Source: Syntrophales bacterium (GTDB lineage: Bacteria > Desulfobacterota > Syntrophia > Syntrophales > UBA2210). Taken from it: a DNA stretch of 64,000 nucleotides. The position numbers and the translations under genes were made by a program. The notes beneath the pieces were generated by a model, which was not told the DNA's origin, made no database searches, and worked only from the letters and a program-made list of their open reading frames with translations. The stretch spans positions 1,376,001-1,440,000 of the forward strand of contig CAXXKT010000001.1 in NCBI GenBank assembly GCA_963662405.2, given 5' to 3'. How positions within the stretch are numbered: position 1 is the stretch's first letter; every line of letters starts with the position of its first letter. Below are positions 9,893 to 19,990 of the stretch, piece after piece.

Positions 9893-11899
9893 TTAATGGT
9901 TCCGTTTCTGCTCGTAGGTCTTGATGACCCCCCCCCGGACCTCGTTTATGTGCTCTTGTTTTGCGTCGTATATCGTTTCTGCCTCTTCCGGGTTTTCGAC
10001 GATATGGGGGGTGATGAATATAAAGAGGTTCTTTTGATTACTCGACTCGCTCTCATACTTGAAGAGCCAGCCGAGGAGGGGGATATTCCCAAGGCAGGGG
10101 ACCTTGTATGTGGTGTAGGTGATGTCCTCTCCTATGAGTCCCCCGATGACGATGGAGTTCTTGTCCTTGATCGTGACCGCCGTCTTGGCGGTGCGCTTCA
10201 GCGTGGTGGGGCGTACCGTCTGTTGCCCCGCTTCGGTGACCAGCTTCGTTACCTCCTGGAATATATTGAGCCTGACGAACCGTCCCTGGCTGATCTGGGG
10301 GGTGATGCGTAGGGTCACCCCCACATCCTTATACTCATAACTGCTGTAATCGATGTCGGTGGAAGAGGTCTCCGCCCTCGTCTGATAGGGAACGTTTTCT
10401 CCGACGTATATCTCGGCTTCTTCGTTGTCCAGGGTCAGTATCTGGGGAGTGGACAGTATGTGGACGTTTTCATCCTTTTCATATGCCTGAATGATTGCCC
10501 CCAGGTTGGGAAATTCGATCCCGCCGATGTTAATCGTCTCGCTGAATACACCGAGTGACAATCCCTCCGGGAAGGATGCCGCTCCCGTGGTCGCATTAAC
10601 CGTCGGCATAATATCCTTTCCCACGAACCCGCCTCCGTAGTACTTGTTCCCGCCACTGAAGCTGTCTCCCGCCATCCACTCCACCCCTATGTTCAGTCCC
10701 TTGGCGACGTTGACTTCCATGATGAGGGCCTCGATGTAAACCATGGGGCGGGGGATGTCGAGTTGTTTGATGACCCCTTCGAGGACGTTGTAGTCGTCCC
10801 GTTCCGCCGTGATGATCAGGGTATTGGTGGCCTTGTCCGGTATGATGTTGATATCTTTCGAAAGGAGAGGCGCTGTACCCTTGCCCGTGGTTTTTGTTTC
10901 CTGTGATGGAAGATTCATCAGGACCTTTGCCAGCTCTTCGGCATCGGCATTTTCAAGGCGGTAGACACGGAGACGTTCCTCCCCCCGCGGGACGTCCCGG
11001 TCCAGCAGGTCGATCAGTTGTCTGATACGCGCCGTGTCGTTCTCGCTGGCCAGGGTGATGATGGTGTTGGTCCGCTCATCGGAGACGATCTGCATGTCGG
11101 ATGCAGCCGTTGCCCCTTTTCGCGGGGCCGATTTCTGAAATATCTGGCTCAGGGATTTTGCGACCGTTGCGGATGATGCCCTCTCCACCGGAATGACGGA
11201 GATCTGCTCTTCGATCCCTTCGGTATCAAGCGCATTGATGATTTTCAGGAGTCGTTCGATATTGGAGAGGAGATCCGTGACGACCAGCATCCCCGTGGGG
11301 GGATAGGAGAGGATGACGCTCGATTTGGATACCAGGGGGGTAAGCATCTTTTTCAGCTCGTCCGAATTGGCGTAATTCAGGGATACGATCTGGGTAATGA
11401 TCCGATCGTCCGGGGTGATGGCCTCTCGCTTGAGGCGTGTTTCGACATTCCGGGTCTTGGCTTCCCGTGAAGGGACGATCTTGATGATATTCCCCGACGG
11501 GATCGCACTGAAGCCGTGTACCTCCAGGACGGATTCGAATACCGTGTACGCCTCCCGAACGGAGATTTTCCGGGGAGAAATGACCGTTACGTTTCCTCGG
11601 ACGGCCTTGTCGACTACAAAATTCTTCCCGGTCAATTCACTGATGAACTTGATAAAAACGGCTATATCGACATTGTCGAAATCGATGGTGATGAATTGAT
11701 CCCCCGATGGTTGGGTGGGCGCGGGATTTTCCGTTTCAGAGAGAGGGGATGTTTTTGTTACATCCGTTGTTGTTGTGACAACAGCGTTGTCTCCTCCCGA
11801 CAGACGGGCGGCGTTGAGACTGTCGGGTGCGGCGAGGAAGGCGAGTGATACCAGGAGAAGAAACATCACAAGCAGGTTGTTCGTCAGTTGTGTATTCAT
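9893..11899 (-). CDS. gspD: type II secretion secretin GspD
   Basis: Signal peptide, N0 ITIDFDNVDIAVFIKFISELTGKNF, secretin motifs ILSTPQILTLDNEEA and KVPCLGNIPLLGWLFK. Confidence 0.94.
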   Translation of the reverse strand: MNTQLTNNLLVMFLLLVSLAFLAAPDSLNAARLSGGDNAVVTTTTDVTKTSPLSETENPAPTQPSGDQFITIDFDNVDIAVFIKFISELTGKNFVVDKAVRGNVTVISPRKISVREAYTVFESVLEVHGFSAIPSGNIIKIVPSREAKTRNVETRLKREAITPDDRIITQIVSLNYANSDELKKMLTPLVSKSSVILSYPPTGMLVVTDLLSNIERLLKIINALDTEGIEEQISVIPVERASSATVAKSLSQIFQKSAPRKGATAASDMQIVSDERTNTIITLASENDTARIRQLIDLLDRDVPRGEERLRVYRLENADAEELAKVLMNLPSQETKTTGKGTAPLLSKDINIIPDKATNTLIITAERDDYNVLEGVIKQLDIPRPMVYIEALIMEVNVAKGLNIGVEWMAGDSFSGGNKYYGGGFVGKDIMPTVNATTGAASFPEGLSLGVFSETINIGGIEFPNLGAIIQAYEKDENVHILSTPQILTLDNEEAEIYVGENVPYQTRAETSSTDIDYSSYEYKDVGVTLRITPQISQGRFVRLNIFQEVTKLVTEAGQQTVRPTTLKRTAKTAVTIKDKNSIVIGGLIGEDITYTTYKVPCLGNIPLLGWLFKYESESSNQKNLFIFITPHIVENPEEAETIYDAKQEHINEVRGGVIKTYEQKRNH

Positions 11900-11948
11900 A
11901 TCAGTTATGAGACCGGCTGTGGGATCAGGGCTCGTTCCCCGGGGGATA

Positions 11949-12983
11949 TCACCGGGGTGGGAAGGCCCTCCCCACCTCTTTGTTGCCGGGGAGCGTGAGA
12001 CGCCGCCCCGGATAGATCATGTTTGAATCTTCCATTGTGGGATTGAGTTGCTTTATCCGTTTTAATATCCGATATGCCTCGCTCCCGGAAGACCCGAATT
12101 GTCTCCCGATGATGTCATAGATCCGATCACCTTCACGCACGATGTAGATGGGGCGGTCCGTCTGTGTGGATGCCGGGTCTTCCCCCATGACCCGTTCATA
12201 GCGGTCTGATCCGCGTAAACTGCTCAAGTCTCTATCATCTTTCGCCCAGTTTTTCACGTCATTATTTAACCGGATGGCCTGTTCCAGGTAATCGAGGGCG
12301 CGAACGGTGTTCCCTTCTCGTGCGTGGAGGCAGGCCAGGTTGTAGTACGGATCGACGTAATCGGCCTTGCTTTTGATTGCTCGCTGAAACACAGCCGCGG
12401 CGGCGTCACTGTTGCCGCGGAGCAGGTAGATGACCCCGAGGTTGTTGAGGGAGAAGAGGTGCCCAGGCTCCCTGCGCAGGATCTGGTTGTATGCCGTTTC
12501 CGCTCGCCCTGTCTCGCCCTTTTGCTGATATGCCATGGCGCGCTGATACAAGGAGTCGATCCCGGTGGTGTCCTTCTGTCGCCGCTCGCCGGTTTCGGTG
12601 GTGTTCACCGTTTCGCCGCTAGGGGCCCTGTGTATCGGATTTGTCCCCGGCTTGTTGTATCTGTGTGGGATGGTTGAGTCCTGCCGCGCAACGGCTGTCG
12701 TACCGGCAAGGGATGGGGGCAATCTTTTCTGTGGAGATGCCGCGTCCTGTCGGTCTGCAACAGCAGCACCGTTCCTGTTCTCGAAGAGTGAGCGATCTCG
12801 AAGCACGAAGAGGGAGAGCGTAACGCAGAGAACCGCAACGACAATCACGGCGGCACTGATACCCCACCGTCTTCTCCGATGGGTATCGGTGGAGGGGACA
12901 ACCGGCATGACGGGGGCGTAGCGGTTGTCCTTGCCGTCTCGCTCCTTTTGGGCCTTGATGAGGGCATTATCAATATAACTCAT
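11949..12983 (-). CDS. ExeB/GspB-like membrane protein with TPR repeats and a C-terminal LysM domain
   Basis: ExeB-type N-terminus MSYIDNALIKAQKER, one TM helix, TPRs (SLNNLGVIY, YYNLACLHA), and LysM-like YIVREGD...QLNP...IYPGRRLTLP. An alternative GTG start lies at 12992. Confidence 0.72.
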   Translation of the reverse strand: MSYIDNALIKAQKERDGKDNRYAPVMPVVPSTDTHRRRRWGISAAVIVVAVLCVTLSLFVLRDRSLFENRNGAAVADRQDAASPQKRLPPSLAGTTAVARQDSTIPHRYNKPGTNPIHRAPSGETVNTTETGERRQKDTTGIDSLYQRAMAYQQKGETGRAETAYNQILRREPGHLFSLNNLGVIYLLRGNSDAAAAVFQRAIKSKADYVDPYYNLACLHAREGNTVRALDYLEQAIRLNNDVKNWAKDDRDLSSLRGSDRYERVMGEDPASTQTDRPIYIVREGDRIYDIIGRQFGSSGSEAYRILKRIKQLNPTMEDSNMIYPGRRLTLPGNKEVGRAFPPR

Positions 12984-12988
12984 TCGGT

Positions 12989-13954
12989 TCACCCGATACG
13001 ATTCGTCTGTGAGATGAAAAACTCGATGAGTGGCTCTTTGTTTATCATAACAATCACCGAAAAAATAATAATAAGGAAGGCGAGAACGACCAGCCGGATT
13101 ATCTTTCCATCAGCGGAGCCCGGTTTGTCGCCCGCATAGTTGATGCCGATATCCGTTGTCCCCTCTTTGACGATTTGCGGGTTGATGCTGCTGTTGTCCC
13201 TGCTGAATGCGATGAGGAGGGCACGATCGCAGATGGCGTTGATACGCCGGGGGATTCCCCGTGAATACCGGTAGATCAACCGACAGGCCCGGTTGGTGAA
13301 GTGAACGGAACCGTTGTCGCCGGATCCTGCGATCGACAGTCGGTGCCGTATGTAGTCTTTTACCTGCGGAAGGTCAAGCGGTGTCAGGGTATATCGGACG
13401 GGAATCCGTTCGTTGAGTTGCCTCAGTGCGGGAGATGCGAGGATTTCTTCCAGCTCCGGTTGCCCGATAAGTATGATCTGGAGGAGTTTTTCTCGTTCCG
13501 TTTCAAGGTTGGAGAGCATCCTGATCTGCTCCAGGACGGAGGGGGCGAGGTTCTGCGCCTCGTCGATCAAGAGAACGGCGTTTCTCCCGGCGGTAAAGTT
13601 TGCCAGAAGGAACCGGTTGAGGTCGTCGATATATCCCTTCTTGCTTTGTCTCCCCGCCCTCAGGGGGATCCCGAACTCCTGATTGATGGTTTCCAGGAGT
13701 TCAATCTCCGATACGGCTGAATTGAGGATGAGGGCAGCATCGGTAGATTCATCAATGAGAGAGAGAATCTTTCTGCAGAGGGTGGTCTTGCCGGTCCCGA
13801 TCCCTCCCGTAATGATGATGAACCCCTTTTTCTCGTTGATTCCGTACAGCAGGTGGTTGAGCGCTTCACTGTGTTGCCGGGAGAGAAAGAGGTATCGAGT
13901 GTCGGGTGTCACATTGAAAGGATTTTCGCGCAGGCCGAAATGTGATGTGTACAT
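12989..13954 (-). CDS. gspA: ExeA/GspA-family AAA ATPase
   Basis: MYTSHFGLRENPF, GGIGTGKTT, LLIDEAQNL, LIGQPEL, GIPRRINAICDRALL and a C-terminal TM segment. Confidence 0.88.
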   Translation of the reverse strand: MYTSHFGLRENPFNVTPDTRYLFLSRQHSEALNHLLYGINEKKGFIIITGGIGTGKTTLCRKILSLIDESTDAALILNSAVSEIELLETINQEFGIPLRAGRQSKKGYIDDLNRFLLANFTAGRNAVLLIDEAQNLAPSVLEQIRMLSNLETEREKLLQIILIGQPELEEILASPALRQLNERIPVRYTLTPLDLPQVKDYIRHRLSIAGSGDNGSVHFTNRACRLIYRYSRGIPRRINAICDRALLIAFSRDNSSINPQIVKEGTTDIGINYAGDKPGSADGKIIRLVVLAFLIIIFSVIVMINKEPLIEFFISQTNRIG

Positions 13955-13966
13955 GTTTCTCCCGGT

Positions 13967-14809
13967 TTACTCAAAAACGTATTTCAGATCCTGTTCTTTC
14001 CCCCGTCTCTTGATATGGAGGGTTATCCCCGACCCGGATTGCAAGTCTTTATACAAATCCATCATTTGAGTCGGGCTTTGAATCGGTTGGCCGTTCACGT
14101 CCTGAATGATGTCACCGTTCTGCATCCCCATTTTCTGGAATATGCTTCCCTTCTGGATCCTGCTTATGATGAACCCGTTTGCCGTTCCACCGGCAGAAAA
14201 GAAGGGATGAATCTTGGCCTGGGTAAGAAACTGACTCATGTTGCTCATGGCTTCGTCTATTTCAGCCTTGCTGACGGTCACGGTGTGATCCGCCTGAGGG
14301 GGCGTGCCCTCGCCGATTCCCTGTCCTCCCCCACCGGCCTTTTCCTCCATTCGCAACATGGTGTCCTTCCCATTGGCACGCAGGACGACCATCCCGCGCA
14401 TGATCTTGACAATGGTCGCGGAGGCAACGGTATCACCCAGCCGGAGGAGTTCCTGTTCCCTTGAGCCCGTTTCCTCGATGATGGCATAATCGAACCCTTC
14501 ACTTCCTGCGACTGTTCCCAGTAGTCTCAGCCTGAGCGTGGTCGGTTCGAGTTCTTCGATGTCGATCCGATCCTTGAGCATGATGGCACCGGTTGTCCCG
14601 AAGAGATTCCGCTCCTCGATGGGAGTATAGAATGCCAGGGGTTGTTTCATGGCCACCGAGGGAGAATGCGTTTTCCCCATCGCTATCTTTTCTTTTCCCG
14701 ACCCTCTCTCGGTATGCGCACTCAGTACCCGGTATACTATTCCCACCGATAGGTACGACAGGATGGTTATTGCCAAAACGATAAGGAATGGTCGAATCTT
14801 GTTCATCAT
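13967..14809 (-). CDS. gspC: type II secretion protein GspC (with PDZ domain)
   Basis: N-terminal TM, ERNLFG, LRLLGTVAG HR domain and C-terminal PDZ (GMQNGDIIQDVNG). Confidence 0.87.
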   Translation of the reverse strand: MMNKIRPFLIVLAITILSYLSVGIVYRVLSAHTERGSGKEKIAMGKTHSPSVAMKQPLAFYTPIEERNLFGTTGAIMLKDRIDIEELEPTTLRLRLLGTVAGSEGFDYAIIEETGSREQELLRLGDTVASATIVKIMRGMVVLRANGKDTMLRMEEKAGGGGQGIGEGTPPQADHTVTVSKAEIDEAMSNMSQFLTQAKIHPFFSAGGTANGFIISRIQKGSIFQKMGMQNGDIIQDVNGQPIQSPTQMMDLYKDLQSGSGITLHIKRRGKEQDLKYVFE

Positions 14810-14814
14810 ACCGA

Positions 14815-15631
14815 TTACCTGATCCTATGCCTCGGACGGGCGAGCGTTCCGCTGAGAGTGACGGAAAAATTCTTTTCAAGGGGGAGGAGACGCATACGAC
14901 CCTTGACCGCAATTCTGCTGAGGGGCAGATTATGGTTGAGGAATACCACCCCATTAAAGGAACCGTCGAGTTTTTTCCCCTCAATCACCGCCTTTTTGAT
15001 CTTGAGTGTCCGGTCTCGCAGGACGATCGAGGCAACCAGAGTATCGAAATCGAGTGCGTTGATGCCCAGCACGGGTCGTCGGAGTTCCATGCTCCCATCG
15101 AGGAGCGAGAGGTTTACATCAGCCGCTCCGTTGATCATATCGCCCATCAGCCCGTGGTAGGTAACCGTGCCCGTCAGTCGCCCCGTTACGCCCTGATTGA
15201 GGGTAGCCGTGAGATAGGAACAGGCCCCCACATCGATAGTCTTCAGCCGGGCATTGAGATTAATGGGAGATTCGGCGGTAAAACGATCGGTAAAACCGAC
15301 ATCCCCGGCCACTATCCCACCGTACATATCCGCCTCCCAGTTGCACGATACGATTCCCCGAAGGAGCTTGCCCCATGCAAGGTCGGCCTGTAAGTGATCG
15401 ATTACCACCGCCCCTGATTGCCTCTTTGTCCCGATGCTGAGATCCTCTATCTCCACGGAGAGAGGAAAGGTGAGCGCGGCCGAAGCCAGGGAGACCTCGA
15501 TAGCGGGATTGCCTTTCGCGATCGCCGATCGGATCCCCTGCTCAATAAGGGAATTGGGGGAAACGGCAGTACAGAAAGATAAGGGTTATCAAAATGCCGT
15601 AGGCGATGTATCCTGCCGGTTTTTTTTTCAT
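14815..15631 (-). pseudogene. gspN: type II secretion protein GspN, frameshifted
   Basis: ATG 15631 gives MKKKPAGYIAYGILITLIFLYCRFP. One extra C in the C5 run (15556-15560) shifts the frame; removing it continues as NSLIEQGIRSAIAKG into the 213-aa ORF. Position between gspM and gspC fits. Confidence 0.75.
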
Positions 15632-15649
15632 CCTCACGTGCGGCCTCTC

Positions 15650-16177
15650 CTACTGGTAGGTGACGACGTGTATCAGTGCCGTCAAGTATTCGGTATTCCC
15701 CTTGCTCTGTTTCACTGACATTCGCTTGATTCGCACGAGGTTTTCCGGTGATTCGACGAGGTACAGATATCCGACAAGCTCTTTGAGCGTGATCCCCTCC
15801 AGACTCATTTCTACGGATGACTCCTTATAGGGGGTCCCTTCCGTTGACAGGGAGGGCTTCATATACTTTATCTTTGTTTTGATCCCCGCCCGTCCGGCTT
15901 GTTCTTCGAGAAAGGAGAAGAGGGTAAAGTCAGTTGAACGGTTGGCGAGGACGGCACCGATATTTCCGGAATCAATTCGCAGCCGTTGGTATTCGGTCCT
16001 GAGGGCGATGACCTCCTCCAGTGCCTTTTCCTGGACCGTGATCGAGTGCCTGAGCTTTTCATGTGCGTTCACAAGGGGCAGGAGGATAAACTGGAAGGCG
16101 ACGAAACCCGTTACCAGAAGTCCCCCCAGGGTGACATAAATTCGTTCTCTCCTTGTCAGTTTCAGGCCGATGTTCAT
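15650..16177 (-). CDS. gspM: type II secretion protein GspM
   Basis: KLTRRER followed by a TM helix, a coiled coil, and VEMSLEGITLKELVGYLY. Confidence 0.85.
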   Translation of the reverse strand: MNIGLKLTRRERIYVTLGGLLVTGFVAFQFILLPLVNAHEKLRHSITVQEKALEEVIALRTEYQRLRIDSGNIGAVLANRSTDFTLFSFLEEQAGRAGIKTKIKYMKPSLSTEGTPYKESSVEMSLEGITLKELVGYLYLVESPENLVRIKRMSVKQSKGNTEYLTALIHVVTYQ

Positions 16178-17694
16178 CACTGGCGCAGTTCCATCCTCAG
16201 GTTCACTTCAACCCGATTTTCCTTTTTCATAAGATTCGCGGAGCTGATTTTGACGTTGGTGAATATCTCCGATTTGTCGAGGGCCTTTGTAATACTGTCG
16301 ACCGTATTGAAGGTGTCGGTTTGACCCTTGATGGTGACAGTTTCTCCTTCATACTGAAAACTCGTTATGAGGAAATCGACGGATCGTGGCAGGAGCAGGG
16401 AGAGGTCATGCAGGATTTCCAACACCCGTATGCCTCGGTAACCGGGTTTCCCCCCCGTGGACGGGTTGCGGAGCCGTGCCACCTCCGTTCTCAACTGGTG
16501 CACCGGGTCGACGATCCGTGTCACCCCGGGGAGTGTTTCATGGAAGACGGCCCGTATCTCCTCCCTCAGGGTATCTCGTCGCGCCGTGTCGTAATGATAT
16601 TTCAGAGAGGAATCGATCCCGAAGACACCCAGGATGACGAAGAGAAGGATGGCTATCCACCGGACGTTTTTGCTGAATTCGGCATCTTTTCTTTTCAGTC
16701 TGAACTCACCCGTCCTGAAGTTGAAATTATCCTTCACGCGGGCATCCCTGGTTGCGAGGGCAAGTGCTTGGTTCATCAGTGCGGGGTGCCCCCCGTCCGC
16801 TTGGAGCTTGTCGGATCCTGATATGTCGGCCATTGCCACCGGAAGGGAGAAGAAGGATTCCATTTCCTCCTTGAGTGGGGCGTACAGTGCCCCCCCGCCG
16901 GTGAGATAGATCATCGTCGGCATCGGATCCAGGCCCTGGTTGAGCGCGAGGGCGGAGAGGGTATTTTTGACATCGGCACCAAAGGCGGCACATCGTGCGT
17001 GGATCTTTTCGCGCGCTTCCCCCGCATTCCCCATTCGCTTTCTCTCCTCGGCGGCCGATTGGTCGCAGCCGAAGGTTTCCCTGATTGCGGAGGTTATAGT
17101 GTCTCCCCCGAACCCGAAGTGCCGCATCTGGAGTATCGTATTTCCCCTGAAGAAGGCGGCTTGCGTGCCTCGCTTCCCGATGTCCAGGAGGAGGATGTAT
17201 TCCTCGGGGTCACAGTGGGCCATCAGTTTCCGAGCCACCGGGGCGGGGCCGATATCAATGGCGGATATCTCCGTCCCGTACGGCGCGAGGAGATTGATCA
17301 GATCGGCGACAGCCGATTTGATCACGGACGTCGCCAATACCTCCGACTTTTCGTGCCGGGCGGTTATCGTATAGTCGGCGATGATGTCGTCAAGAGGAGT
17401 GGGGATGAGCGGCTCAAGTTCATAAGCGAGGACTTGCTCGATCTTCTTACGACTCTTGAAGGGGAGGGTGAGGTTTCGGAATGACACCTGCCATACGGGG
17501 AGAGCGGTCACGCATACGTCGGCCCTGAAGGTGTCGTCAGAAAAGAGTTTTCCGAGCGCCGTTTCCGTGCTTCCCCCCTCCGGGATGTGGACCAGTGCCG
17601 ATTTCAGGATATGGCTCTCCCTGAGGCCAGCGGCAAGCAGGACCGCTTTGATGCTCTCATCACCGATGTCGAGTCCGAGAATCTTTTCGGGCAT
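16177..17694 (-). CDS. gspL: type II secretion protein GspL (PilM/PilN-like fusion)
   Basis: ILGLDIG, LLDIG and YLTGGGA actin-like motifs, NFRTGEF, a TM segment and a periplasmic PilN-like domain. Confidence 0.87.
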   Translation of the reverse strand: MPEKILGLDIGDESIKAVLLAAGLRESHILKSALVHIPEGGSTETALGKLFSDDTFRADVCVTALPVWQVSFRNLTLPFKSRKKIEQVLAYELEPLIPTPLDDIIADYTITARHEKSEVLATSVIKSAVADLINLLAPYGTEISAIDIGPAPVARKLMAHCDPEEYILLLDIGKRGTQAAFFRGNTILQMRHFGFGGDTITSAIRETFGCDQSAAEERKRMGNAGEAREKIHARCAAFGADVKNTLSALALNQGLDPMPTMIYLTGGGALYAPLKEEMESFFSLPVAMADISGSDKLQADGGHPALMNQALALATRDARVKDNFNFRTGEFRLKRKDAEFSKNVRWIAILLFVILGVFGIDSSLKYHYDTARRDTLREEIRAVFHETLPGVTRIVDPVHQLRTEVARLRNPSTGGKPGYRGIRVLEILHDLSLLLPRSVDFLITSFQYEGETVTIKGQTDTFNTVDSITKALDKSEIFTNVKISSANLMKKENRVEVNLRMELRQ

Positions 17695-18668
17695 CAATCC
17701 GATCTCCAGGATAGGATTTTGATTCTTTTTTTCGAGCTGTCTCTTTTCACCACACCCCGTATCGTTTTGCTCATCCGGTCCAGCATGCCGGTGGTGGTAA
17801 TCGCGAAGATCGTGCTCTTCGTTGTTATCAGTGACGTGGGTATCGTAATCCCGTCCATGCCCGGCACCTCTTTATACCATGACGTGTGAGAGAGGTCGTT
17901 ATTCTCATTTCTCCTGTACTCCTCCATCTTCGAGACCATCTCCTCGGTGATTCCGTCCGCGAGGGCCATCAAAACCGGGGGGGGCGCGGTGTTGATATTG
18001 ATGGTGCCGGTGTTCTGCACCGTCATATAATGTCTGATGCCGGGATTATTTTCGGTCCCGTCGTAGAGATCACGGGTGATTCCCTTTATCAGCAGCAGTT
18101 CTTCGATGCTGTCGAGCGGTCCGTTCTTGCAGGGATAGGGCTGTTCCAGGATCCCGTAATACGGGTTCTCGGCACCGAACCCGGTCACCTCGTGATCTTC
18201 ATCGATCCAGTCCTTGATTGCGTCCACAATATCCCCGGCCTCCTGAACATCGAGGCCGAATCGCGCGAGCGTCAGGAAACGGATCAGCAAATCTTCAATA
18301 TCGCTGTTGAATGTGTGATCCTTAAAGAGACAACTGATCGGTATCATACCAGATTCATCCGTAATATCCAGTCTGAAATATCCCTCATCAAAAAGAGAGG
18401 ACGATTGGGCGGAGAGCAGCTCCGCCTTTGCCCACTCCTCATTCAGGGAGTCGAAGGCGTTGGTATCTTCCATCAGGAGAGCTGTTCCCCCATAGAAACC
18501 GGATTTTGCAATGTAGGAGAGTCGGATCGTATCCCTGAGATTCGCCGCCTCGTACAGTTCCGATCTCGACAGGAGATTGAACTGCAAGGTGAGCGCTATG
18601 AGGATGCCCGTTATCATGATCACCAGGATCAAAGCCACGCCCCGGTTATTCGACAGTATCTTCGTCAT
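17694..18668 (-). CDS. gspK: minor pseudopilin GspK
   Basis: Prepilin G|VALILV without E5, DAIKDWIDED, ELLLIKGIT, ININTAP. Confidence 0.9.
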   Translation of the reverse strand: MTKILSNNRGVALILVIMITGILIALTLQFNLLSRSELYEAANLRDTIRLSYIAKSGFYGGTALLMEDTNAFDSLNEEWAKAELLSAQSSSLFDEGYFRLDITDESGMIPISCLFKDHTFNSDIEDLLIRFLTLARFGLDVQEAGDIVDAIKDWIDEDHEVTGFGAENPYYGILEQPYPCKNGPLDSIEELLLIKGITRDLYDGTENNPGIRHYMTVQNTGTININTAPPPVLMALADGITEEMVSKMEEYRRNENNDLSHTSWYKEVPGMDGITIPTSLITTKSTIFAITTTGMLDRMSKTIRGVVKRDSSKKRIKILSWRSD

Positions 18669-19312
18669 TGACTTTTCACCATGGGCAGATACACCTTCGT
18701 GGCAAACCGGTACGGGCTTTCGTCGTCATTCGGGTTTGCAAAGGAGAGGTGGATGGCGACGATCGCGGGGATGGTATCTTTGTGGGTATGGGTTCGGGAA
18801 TCCCACGAATCGTATTCCTCACCGTCCCGGTTGTAGAATGTGTATGTGATCGAGCGGAGGCCCTCACACAGGAGAAAGCCTTCATTTGTGAAGAGTTCAT
18901 CACCGGTCTCCTGACGGTGATACAACCGGTCTTCCCTCATCAGCGTGCATCCTGCCTCTTCGTCTTCCCTGATATAATACCCGATGGAGGCGATCCCTTC
19001 CGCGTTTCCCCGGTACGGATCGAGATGTGCCGATGAGAGAAAGGAGAGGTTCATGAACCGCTGGCCCCGGATGTCCTGTTCCTCGGAGATAAAGCGAAAC
19101 GCATCGGCGTACCGCGAGACGGATTCCAGATCGGCAATCATTCGTTTCAGGGAACTGCGGGCCATTCCATAGACGCGGGTTCCATCTGCCGTTTCGTCGA
19201 TGAGGGTCAGTGTCCCGGTGTAGGCGGTATACACGGTGGTCAGGACCACGGCCAGGATGGTCATGGCGATCAGTATCTCGACGAGGGTAAATCCGCTTTT
19301 TCGTTTCGGCAT
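18665..19312 (-). CDS. gspJ: minor pseudopilin GspJ
   Basis: Prepilin motif G|FTLVEILIAMTIL; lies between gspI and gspK. Confidence 0.85.
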   Translation of the reverse strand: MPKRKSGFTLVEILIAMTILAVVLTTVYTAYTGTLTLIDETADGTRVYGMARSSLKRMIADLESVSRYADAFRFISEEQDIRGQRFMNLSFLSSAHLDPYRGNAEGIASIGYYIREDEEAGCTLMREDRLYHRQETGDELFTNEGFLLCEGLRSITYTFYNRDGEEYDSWDSRTHTHKDTIPAIVAIHLSFANPNDDESPYRFATKVYLPMVKSQ

Positions 19313-19372
19313 CACGACTTTTCCTGAAGCGGTTGGATGTATCGATGTATTCTCCCGGTCCCTGAATATGGC

Positions 19373-19765
19373 CTAATCCGTGCTCACCCGGTACAGGACG
19401 AGGGCATACTGGTTGTTTCTCTTCATGGTGGTGTTTATCACCGTCAGGGTGATCTTTTTCAGATCTTCCATCTGTGTTTCCGCGATATCGAGACGCCACC
19501 TGTAATCGAGGAAGGCGTCGCCGAAGTCCCCTTCACCGGATGATAAATCCGAAAGAGGGGCCGCCTCGATACGTGCCATTTCGGCCTGCGCGAGGAGGGG
19601 CGCCGTCGTATCGAACCGCGATCCGCCGATCATGGATATACTCTGAGACTGGGATTGGAAAACCGCCGTAAAGGCGATCGCGAGGATGGCCATGGCCAGC
19701 ATGATCTCGAGGAGGGTGAATCCCCGGGGAGAATCCCCCGATACCGTTTTGCTGCGGATGCGCAT
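19373..19765 (-). CDS. gspI: minor pseudopilin GspI
   Basis: 130 aa with prepilin motif G|FTLLEIMLAMAIL and EGDFG...YRW. Confidence 0.83.
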   Translation of the reverse strand: MRIRSKTVSGDSPRGFTLLEIMLAMAILAIAFTAVFQSQSQSISMIGGSRFDTTAPLLAQAEMARIEAAPLSDLSSGEGDFGDAFLDYRWRLDIAETQMEDLKKITLTVINTTMKRNNQYALVLYRVSTD

Positions 19766-19905
19766 ATGCCGTTCTCCCTACCAGGATTCTTGATTCCTCC
19801 CGAAGATTCAAATGCTTATCATACCGAGTTGCATTGTTCAATATCGGATTTGAAAAATCGGATCTCTGCGTTGGCGTTGCGCGAGAAATGGAAGTCCTGC
19901 CGACG

Positions 19906-19934
19906 AGCATCGTGTGGGGGGGTGAAAGTGTCAA
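19906..19934 (-). promoter_or_regulatory. putative sigma-70 promoter of the gsp operon
   Basis: Minus strand reads TTGACA-17 nt-GATGCT; the spacer contains a C7 tract. Confidence 0.45.
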
Positions 19935-19938
19935 TGAA

Positions 19939-19965
19939 GGGGTGCTGTCGTGATGACAGCACCCC
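19939..19965 (-). terminator. stem-loop, probable terminator of esterase gene 1
   Basis: Perfect 11-bp inverted repeat GGGGTGCTGTC/GACAGCACCCC, 25 nt after the stop codon. Confidence 0.6.
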
Positions 19966-19990
19966 CCCCATTGGGTGATGTGTATCCGTC

